IMG/VR virus record: IMGVR_UViG_3300035665_000001
Span: 186,001-250,000 of that record
Strand: one strand, 5' to 3'
Length of the DNA stretch: 64,000 bases
The first letter of the stretch is position 1; every line of letters begins with the position of its first letter. The notes under the pieces are model-generated. The model was not told the DNA's origin, ran no database searches, and saw only the letters and a list, made by a program, of their open reading frames with translations. A program made the translations under genes and the position numbers. Of this stretch, positions 31,868 to 40,391 are shown piece by piece.

Positions 31868-32548
31868 ATGAATATCAATCAAGAAATTGCAAGAGTAAAA
31901 TATCGCCTTAGTAAATTAGAACAACAGCGAGATGAATTTCGGAGTGTGTTTTTACCAAACAATCGTGATAACAAGATTGATTGGAATTATAACAAAAACC
32001 GTGTTGATAAATGGAGACTGCCTAATGTCTCTAACTACGAAGTTAAAGAATGGTTAATTAACCTTGCATGCGGTGTGCGTTCAAAATTCGTGACCGCTGA
32101 TGAATTAATACATAAATTGCACTCATTGCCTACCGAGGTGCATGAGCGTATAATGTGGCACGCAAGTTTTGATGGTGGGCAATGTTTCGAAGATCTGTTT
32201 AGTGGTGATAGTTCACCTGTTACTGAATCCGCTGCAAGTGAATCGAATTTTGAAATAGCCCCAAAATCAACCGAAGTTAAAACTAATTGGTTCTATGCCA
32301 AGTTATATTGTATTGCTCTTAATATCGATGGAAAGACTGGTTGGCGTATGCCATCTAAAGAAGAACTAAATCAGATATACGAATCTGAAAATGATTTTGA
32401 GAAGGATTGGTATTGGTCATCCACTGAGGCTATTGGTGAACAAGGTCATGGTGATTATGCTTGGTATCAGCATTTTGGTCGATATCCGGTACCGGACTTC
32501 TACCAGAAAAATTACCGCAGATACGTTAGAGCTATTAGAGACATTTAG
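31868..32548 (+). CDS. Coiled-coil leader, unrelated insert and C-terminal Lcl/DUF1566-like domain
   Basis: MNINQEIARVKYRLSKLEQQ leader; FEIAPK..NW..A..YC..GWRMPSKEEL..YWSSTE..YVRAIR. Confidence 0.8.
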   Translation: MNINQEIARVKYRLSKLEQQRDEFRSVFLPNNRDNKIDWNYNKNRVDKWRLPNVSNYEVKEWLINLACGVRSKFVTADELIHKLHSLPTEVHERIMWHASFDGGQCFEDLFSGDSSPVTESAASESNFEIAPKSTEVKTNWFYAKLYCIALNIDGKTGWRMPSKEELNQIYESENDFEKDWYWSSTEAIGEQGHGDYAWYQHFGRYPVPDFYQKNYRRYVRAIRDI

Positions 32549-34453
32549 ATTTTTTAATTGGGACTGATAAATGAAAGATTTTCAAACATTTGAACAAACT
32601 ACAAGGAGTAATGATGCTGTTATTTAAACATGATACACGAGAATATGGTATTAAGATTTCTAAGAAGTATCTTAGATTAGCAGCAACATATAGAAGGTTT
32701 TCAGACAGACATAACCAACATTGGGATTTCTCATTAGAAGCATTAATCGATTGTTTCAACCATGAATCCAGTGGTGGAACTTATTTTGGTAACAATGGTT
32801 ATGTTCATGGCAAATGGAATAAAGATATAACATTTGCTATGTGGGTTGAGGACATTAGAAACGGATATACCGCGAAGATTGAATATTACACACCATTAAA
32901 CAAGTGGTGGGCAATTCCTGCACTATCAACTGTTGCGGTAACAAAGCCATTGTTTCCATATACAGATATTAAAGTAAGAGAAAAGATTATACATGAAAAC
33001 AGAATATAGCTTAATTTAACCTGGTAGAAAATACAATGACCAAAGAATTTGTTCACCGATTGAAAGAATTGGCCGCTACTGATGCTTGGGTGGATATAAT
33101 TCTGGAGAGATTCAATTAACTCGAGAAATTCTAAGTGAGCTTAACATTAAATGGTATGAAGAAGATGAGTAAACAAACGATTCAAGAATATAAAAAACGT
33201 AAGGTTGTTTTAAAACACCCCTGTACTGAGTGTATATCAAAAGATAACGATAAAATAAAGTTAGCATTAGGTTTAACCGCAGCGGTAGCATTGTTAGCTG
33301 GACTTTGTATTGGTTTAGACAATTCAAGACGATAATGAGGCAAACAATGCATGGATTTGATTTTGATTTGATAAGAATGAGAGAAGCAGTGGAATCTAAA
33401 ACTATTTCTATTCCATTAGAAGCATTGGATAGCTTTGAAAAGTTTGATGAATGGATTACTACAAGGCATAATTTATACACCAATATCAGAAATAGATTGC
33501 CAAACCCATTTACCACCGATTATCAATATAAAAATGGGCCATTAGATTTATACACTGAAACGGAGATGTTGAAATTTGCTGAAGCAATTATAAACCACTG
33601 TGTATATATGCTGGATGTAAATGATATATTATTGGTAGATGGTGTTGATAATACGCCAATCCCATCAACCGTAATTAAAAAAGGTTTTGGAATGAGTTTT
33701 AGTGAGGTAACTAAATGAATAAAAATTTTGAGTTGTCAGATTTGTTGGGTTTATTGGTAATATCTTTATTAATTCTTACCTGTGTTAGTATATTTTATTC
33801 TTTGGTTAAAGATGCAAATCAAAAATATGTACAAAATCAAGTATTAGAACAACTCGATAGCCGTACTAAGGATGACAATTATATTAAATCGCATATACAT
33901 TATGGTAAAGACCAATTTGGAAATTGTTGGGTATGGGGGAGTAATAGTGGTCTTGTTTCAATAGAATGTTCTAAAATAGGTAGACAACATGAATGATAAA
34001 TTATTATTATCCAATGAAATTGGAGTGTATCCAAATCCACCGATTTCTGGTACATACCCCGTTTTCATTGAAAATACAATATTTGGCTTTCAACCGTATA
34101 TGAATTTTGATGGGAAATTATGGGACGTTCCACATGAGTTCATAAACAAACGAATTTGGTGGCTTAATGAAAAATGGGACAATATTAATGAACTATCACA
34201 GTGAAAAATAAGAAAATGAGTGAAGAATATATTTTACCACCGAAAGATTTAATTGATAATGATGATATTGATTACAAAAAGGAACTGACTAAGGCATTAC
34301 GAGAAGCCACAGGATGTTATACGATGGAATGCAAAAGGGCATTGATGTTATTTGATTGGGATTTTATCCAGGCAAAGGCATATTTGGAAAACCCAATAAA
34401 TTCTATGCGTATATTGAATTTAAGAATTTAAATGGAAATTTGTGAAAAAGTTC

Positions 34454-34482
34454 TTGACAAACTTTACACAGAATGGTATAAT
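34454..34482 (+). promoter_or_regulatory. Consensus sigma70-type early promoter
   Basis: TTGACA-17 nt-TATAAT, with TG at the extended -10 position. Confidence 0.75.
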
Positions 34483-35094
34483 AATTTAAACTAATTGGTT
34501 GGAGAGAAAATGAAGATTAAATTGTTTGACGTATTTTGTATTTGTGCATTTGTTATTATATCAATAGTTGTTATTATATCAATGGGAATAATTTGGTTTG
34601 TTATTTTCACATTTGTTAAAATTCCGGCATATCTATTTGTTTTTGTGGTATTATGGGGGTTGAGTGTTTTTTATTTGATGCGTATAATTATTAATGGTAT
34701 GATGCTTATTGATGGATTCCCACTTGGAGTAAGAAAAAAATGACAAATAAGAGAGATAATATTTTAATGTCTGTAATTCTTGGTGGGATATTTGGTATTG
34801 TATTAACTGTAATTTTTTCCTGGAATAAGGCAACTAAATTAGATTGTCCGATAAAAATGGCCAGAATTCATAATGATTGGGGATTTGAAGAATTGGAACA
34901 AGCGTGTGGCATAGAACTTAGTGCGTCTAAAGAAAGTTGTATTCGCAGATTATCAAAAATTCATAGTGATTGGCGAGTAGAAGAATTAAGACAGGCTTGT
35001 TAATGAAATTTTTTGCTAATAATAGTTTAGGTTTAGATGTAGATTTCGGTTTGAATAGCATGTTAAAAAATACAGTAGAATCAGTTGATAAAAT

Positions 35095-35382
35095 TTGGAG
35101 AAAACAATAACATTATCATTTGAAATAGCACCGAAAGAATATGAAAGATGGTTAAATTGGGATGATAGTAAATTATATTGCACATTATTAATACTAAATG
35201 AACAGGATGATTGGCGATTACCCACCTTAACTGAATTGAATCACATGTTTAAATCTGAAAATGATTTTGCAAGCACAGGTTATTGGTCGTCTTCTGAGGG
35301 CATTAGTAATGATTGTGGGACAGAATACTACGGTGGCAAGGTTTTTAGTTGTTATGTTCGTCCTGTAAGAACTATTAAATAA
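35095..35382 (+). CDS. Single Lcl/DUF1566-like domain with shortened variable region
   Basis: FEIAPK..NW..YC..WRLPTLTEL..YWSSSE..YVRPVR; the AW segment of the VR is deleted. Confidence 0.75.
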   Translation: MEKTITLSFEIAPKEYERWLNWDDSKLYCTLLILNEQDDWRLPTLTELNHMFKSENDFASTGYWSSSEGISNDCGTEYYGGKVFSCYVRPVRTIK

Positions 35383-35451
35383 TTAACAAACCATATTAAC
35401 TAGTGATTATTTTTAGTTGATGGTAGAGAATAATTAAAGAGATAACTTACG

Positions 35452-35742
35452 AATATCGAAATAAGTCATAAAGAATTTGAAAAAAAGTTAAACTGGTATG
35501 ATGGAATGAGGTATTGTCAATTATTAGATATTGATGGTAAGAAGGATTAGAGGATGCCTACTAAAGAAGAATTAAATGAAATATATAATTCTGAAAATGA
35601 TTTTGTCGGTTTCTTCTACTGGTCGTCTACTGAGTACAATGGTAACACCGCCTGGTATCAGGCTTTCTCGAATGGGTATCAGTTCAACTATTTCAAGAAT
35701 ACCTGCAACTATGTGTGTGCTGTGCGGAGTTCAACCATTTAA
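35452..35742 (+). pseudogene. Lcl/DUF1566-like gene with in-frame TAG, carrying GC-rich VR-D (35617-35727)
   Basis: NIEISHKEFEKKLNWYDGMRYCQLLDIDGKKD*RMPTKEEL; TAG replaces the conserved Trp; TAA upstream at 35443 and no in-frame start. Confidence 0.75.
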
Positions 35743-35764
35743 TTTTTTTATCCATACTCTGTCG

Positions 35765-35880
35765 GAAAACCCAGTCCCTTTAGGGGTACGGTATAAATCA
35801 ACTGGGAAAATATCTTAAAGAAAAATAATTATTTTGTGGAGAACTACCTGTCCATCCTTAACCTAAAGTCCGAGGTCTTA
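35765..35880. mobile_element. Remnant IS200/IS605-type end hairpins
   Basis: GAAAACCCAGTCCCTTTAGGGG..TCAAC on +, plus a 44/50 copy of the 4591-4640 left-end-like sequence. Confidence 0.55.
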
Positions 35881-35909
35881 TGTCAGTAATGTTAAAAAAG
35901 GAAAAGAAA

Positions 35910-36557
35910 ATGAATATCAAAGAAGAAATCGATAATTTAAAAAAATTTATTGGGATTCATGAAAAAAGATTAGCTAAATTGGAACAACAATTATTAGAAT
36001 CAGAATCACGATTTGAAATAGCACCGAAGCTATTAGAAAAAGAAAATGTAAATTGGAATGAGGCTGTTAAATACTGTGAACTGTTGGGTAATGGATGGCG
36101 TTTACCATCTAAAGACGAATTAAAAATAATTCTTACATTGGAAAATGACTTAAACACAAACTATAGATATTGGTCAACAGCTACTAGGGGTAATAAAGAT
36201 CTTATTGCTTTTAATCAAAGTTTGTATAGAGGATATCGAGTTAGACCTATTAGAGATATTATTAAACCAAAATCATGTTTACCGTTCGAAGTTGCTGATA
36301 AATCAACTGAAAATAGATTATCATGGAATGAGGCTGTAAAATATGTTAAAACATTAGGTAAAGGTTGGAGATTGCCAACTAAACATGAATTAACTTTAAT
36401 CTATATTTCTGATAATGATTTTGACAAGGAATACTATTGGTCTAGTACAGAGTTTAATTCTACAGACGCTTGGGGGAAGGTCTTCGACGGTGGGTATGAG
36501 ACCACCAGCAATAAGGCTGGTAGTAACTATGTTAGAGCTATCCGTCCAATTCTTTAA
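35910..36557 (+). CDS. Coiled-coil leader plus two Lcl/DUF1566-like domains (VR-E 36435-36545)
   Basis: Two GWRLP..EL..YW..VR units; the terminal VR has mostly NNY codons. Confidence 0.82.
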   Translation: MNIKEEIDNLKKFIGIHEKRLAKLEQQLLESESRFEIAPKLLEKENVNWNEAVKYCELLGNGWRLPSKDELKIILTLENDLNTNYRYWSTATRGNKDLIAFNQSLYRGYRVRPIRDIIKPKSCLPFEVADKSTENRLSWNEAVKYVKTLGKGWRLPTKHELTLIYISDNDFDKEYYWSSTEFNSTDAWGKVFDGGYETTSNKAGSNYVRAIRPIL

Positions 36558-36645
36558 TTATTAGATCATTTGTAAGAGGAATGAAAATGAAATCTATCAA
36601 TACAACTAAATTGTACACCATTAATCGTTAAACTAATACAATATG

Positions 36646-36674
36646 TTGACAAACGCACAATGGTGTGTTATAAT
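36646..36674 (+). promoter_or_regulatory. Consensus sigma70-type early promoter
   Basis: TTGACA-17 nt-TATAAT. Confidence 0.75.
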
Positions 36675-37867
36675 ATACACAGTGAATAACTTTTACAAAT
36701 TAAAAGGACCAAATCAAATGAAAATTTTCAAACAAACAACGAGTATTATTAGTATTATTTTTGCATTAGCTGTATGTTTATTTTCCGTATCAGCGTTTAT
36801 ACATGCGTTATTTGTAATTCCAGCTTTTAGAATGTACTTAGGCCAGATGATTGTTGTCTGTGGAGCCACTTATCTATTTTTCAAGGGTATATTTGAGCTA
36901 TTGTCAATGTATATTGATTATGATCAACACCGAAAATAATGGTAGACCATCGATTACATAATATGTGAATTAACTAACTTTTCAACTAAGGGGTGTGTTA
37001 ATGAACAACATTGATGAGGATATTTTTGATGAATACTATCTAAGTCGGAGTAGATGTACACAATAATCCACTAATTAAAATGTTTGAGGATGAAAAAAAT
37101 GTTTGAACCTGCAAAAGAAATGTTACATAAAGCAAATGAAAATTTTAAAGCACTTTTTGAAGAGAAGATTACTGAAGTTGGTCCATGTATTCAAGAAGCA
37201 CTATTTGATGTGGCTGCTAAGGGAGAGTATAAAACTACCATCATATTTACTGGTCGTTCACATCGCAATCCAATTGGTTGGATACCAAACAACTATGTCC
37301 ACTATAATGAAGAAGATACAATGCTCAGTGCATTAACTGAGTTCTTTTGTGAACAATTGACTAATGATGGTTATGGTGTAGTTACCCAAATGGTTAAAAA
37401 TGATATAATTGTGATAACGATTTTTTTTAATCCTATGAAGACAAATAAAATGGGTACAAATTTACATGCAGTAGGTAATGGTTACTAAGACGGATGAGTA
37501 AACGGAACAACAAATTATCTTTGAATTGTATCAAACGTCAACTAATGTTACCTGGGATATATTAACCTCAATTCAGAACAAACATATTTTGAGTGGGTGA
37601 TTACGTTTAGGATAAAGATTATGCCCCCAGTTTACGGAGATGATGATTATTTCTGGTAGTATCCACCAATATGGTATAATATAATTTTTGAAGGTGATAT
37701 GCGCATTTAATAGAGTTAGATAATTTTAGTACTAAATGATGAGAATATTGGATATATGGTTGAATTATATTTAACAAATTCCATCAGAGTTAGAGCTATT
37801 TAATATGGTGTGTCACATGGTGAGTGGGATTAGAGATAGATTATCAATTATACTGAGTAATATAAAA

Positions 37868-38644
37868 ATGAATATTAATGAAGAAATTGCTGAAGTAAAA
37901 TCAATTATTGCAGTTCAAGAAAAACGATTAGCTGAATTAGAAAAGCAATCAAATGAATTAACATTTGAAATAGCTCCGGAGTTATTAGAAAAAGGCAATG
38001 TGGATTGGTATGAGGCGATTAACTATTGTAAATTGTTAGGTAATGGTTGGCGACTTCCATCTCGGGATGAACTGAAAATAATTTATAACTCTGATAATGA
38101 CTTGAACGAAAACAGTACGTATTGGTCAGCTACAAGGGGTAATAATGATCGTCTTGCTTTTAATCAAAGTATGTATAATGGGGATCAATTTATTTCGGAT
38201 AAAAGTTTTAGTTCCAATGAATATCGAGTTAGACCGATAAGGGATATTATTAGACCAAATTTATCGTTTGAAGTAGTTAATAAATCGACTGAGATTCAAG
38301 TGGAATGGGATAGTGTGGATAAGCATTGTAAACCGTTAGGTTTATCAACTACCGATGAATTACCGTTTGAAATTTCTCCTAAATCATGTGAAAAACAATG
38401 CAATTGGTATGAAGCATTTGAATATGCTGAATTTGTGGATCAAGGTTGGAGAATACCCACAATAGATGATTTAAAGCTTATTTTTCAAAACCGTAAAGGT
38501 ACAAATATGGAGCTTGGTGTTTATTGGACAAAAAATGTATATGGGCATACCGCTTTAGGTATTAATATGCTGAATGGATTACAACAACCGTATGGTAAAG
38601 AAATGGGTAACAACTACATTAGGCTAATTCGGAATAAAAAATGA
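37868..38644 (+). CDS. Coiled-coil leader plus two Lcl/DUF1566-like domains and a truncated middle unit
   Basis: First domain is closely paralogous to 35910-36250; FEVVNKSTEIQVEWDSV is a truncated unit; last domain is divergent. Confidence 0.8.
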   Translation: MNINEEIAEVKSIIAVQEKRLAELEKQSNELTFEIAPELLEKGNVDWYEAINYCKLLGNGWRLPSRDELKIIYNSDNDLNENSTYWSATRGNNDRLAFNQSMYNGDQFISDKSFSSNEYRVRPIRDIIRPNLSFEVVNKSTEIQVEWDSVDKHCKPLGLSTTDELPFEISPKSCEKQCNWYEAFEYAEFVDQGWRIPTIDDLKLIFQNRKGTNMELGVYWTKNVYGHTALGINMLNGLQQPYGKEMGNNYIRLIRNKK

Positions 38645-39153
38645 ATATAAAGAAAGAGACGATGTACACATTTGATGGGTTGAAAAACGCATGTCGAAAT
38701 GAAGTAATTGATTTTATTGAAGAATTGATGAAAGAAATTGACTTTCAACCTACTTGGTATGACCATAAGGAATCTGATTCTGATTTGCCTCGAGTACCAG
38801 TAACACCATCTGGGACATATATGTATGCCTTAAAAGTAATTAACAGTAGATGTAAAGAGTGGGAACATTTAATAATGGAGGAACCCAAATATTCGTATTT
38901 GTATGCATTAAACGTAATTGGTGGGAGATGGGAAGAGGCAGAACCAATTATTATGACTGATCCACAGTATGCATATTCGTATGCCATTGAGGTGATTAAA
39001 GGTAGATGGGAGCTAGGAGAGACTGTTATTAAAGAAGATTCCTATTATGCCTATTTGTATGCCCGAGATATACTTAAAGAGAGGTGGTGGGATGCTGAAC
39101 CTTATATAATGGAAACATCATGGTGGAAAAGGTATATACGTGATCTTGGATAA
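38641..39153 (+). CDS. Repeat protein (about 24-aa YAxxVIxGRWxEAEPxI units)
   Basis: YALNVIGGRWEEAEPII, YAIEVIKGRWELGETVI, YARDILKERWWDAEPYI. Confidence 0.7.
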   Translation: MNIKKETMYTFDGLKNACRNEVIDFIEELMKEIDFQPTWYDHKESDSDLPRVPVTPSGTYMYALKVINSRCKEWEHLIMEEPKYSYLYALNVIGGRWEEAEPIIMTDPQYAYSYAIEVIKGRWELGETVIKEDSYYAYLYARDILKERWWDAEPYIMETSWWKRYIRDLG

Positions 39154-39602
39154 TTGATTCAAAATTATCTTTAGTAAATGTAGAAAACGAATAGGTTGAA
39201 TTTAGTGATCATACTGTAATAGGGTTTAAAATGAGAAATGTGCAAGAAATAGCTGAAACTTTGATTAGCGAAGGTGTATTAGAATGGGTAGACAGTAATG
39301 AATTACCGTTTTATGAGATATTTGATGTATCTGATAATTATATTTTAGAACTTGATTACCTTGTTAATGATGATTATCCAATTAGATATAGAATTTGCTA
39401 TGTCAATATATCCGATGAGAAAATTGATTTTATCGGGTGTGAAGATGATAATATGCGATTACCACTCGATGGGTTGTTGGATGAATCAATTATGCATATA
39501 TATCAAAAAATATCAATTTAATATGTTGAGTGTTACAATCAATAGTTAAATTAGTCTTCAAAATTTGATGTCTACTGATAGACAAAAAAGAGGTATTGAA
39601 AA

Positions 39603-39833
39603 GTGTTTACTCACGAACAGGATATTGATAACGCATTGTTTGATATTGACCAAATGCACAAAAAATTAGCTGATCACGTTTGTTGGGTGTCAAATGTTAT
39701 GCGTGATCTTGATAATACGGAAATTGAGAAATTAAAAACACTGGTCACTGAGTCAGGTGCAATTGAAAAATTAAAACAAGGTATTACTGATTTTGAAGCA
39801 ATGTTGGATCATCGAGGAATTAAAAATGAATGA
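39603..39833 (+). CDS. Hypothetical protein, paralog of 26882-27106
   Basis: GTG start with GAGG RBS; protein and upstream DNA resemble the 26882 locus. Confidence 0.6.
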   Translation: MFTHEQDIDNALFDIDQMHKKLADHVCWVSNVMRDLDNTEIEKLKTLVTESGAIEKLKQGITDFEAMLDHRGIKNE

Positions 39834-39954
39834 AAAAAGTTTAAAATCGACTGGTGTTCAACTCAGTAAATCCCACAAGAATTACATCAGCTACGTGCGT
39901 ACAGTAAGAGATCTCTAAACAGATAATAGAAACCATTTAACAAGGAAATCTATA

Positions 39955-40338
39955 ATGAATCACCAACCACCAATATCTATCACCAAAGAACACTATGACA
40001 ACAGAGATGTAATTTATTCGGATACATTGTTTGTGGTATGGATGCCAGATAATACCAGAAGAAAAACAATCGAACTAGCTATCAATGCAGTACGTTTATC
40101 TTGGCTTGATTTATCTTGGGCTAATTTAGCACATGACGATTTATCTGGGTTAGATTTATCGGGTTTGGATCTTTCTTATACTAATTTAACGTTTGCAAAT
40201 TTGTCAAATGCTAATCTAACCAATGCGAATTTATTTCAAGCAAGTTTACGTGGTGCTGATCTTACGAACACCATGATAAATAATACAAATCTTCAATATG
40301 CTGATTTAAGTTATACATTATTAAAAAATGACAGATAA
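39955..40338 (+). CDS. Pentapeptide-repeat protein
   Basis: ANLAH DDLSG LDLSG LDLSY TNLTF ANLSN ANLTN ANLFQ ASLRG ADLTN. Confidence 0.85.
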   Translation: MNHQPPISITKEHYDNRDVIYSDTLFVVWMPDNTRRKTIELAINAVRLSWLDLSWANLAHDDLSGLDLSGLDLSYTNLTFANLSNANLTNANLFQASLRGADLTNTMINNTNLQYADLSYTLLKNDR

Positions 40339-40362
40339 TTTTACAATTTTTTTAAAAATCTC

Positions 40363-40391
40363 TTGACACCTTGACTTGTTTAAGGTATAAT
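40363..40391 (+). promoter_or_regulatory. Consensus sigma70-type early promoter
   Basis: TTGACA-17 nt-TATAAT. Confidence 0.75.

Noticed and set aside
37788-37803. GTTAGAGCTATT resembling a type II CRISPR repeat start
   Set aside because: It is a single short match, identical to the VRAI codons ending the lectin VRs (e.g. 32525); more likely a decayed lectin fragment or chance.
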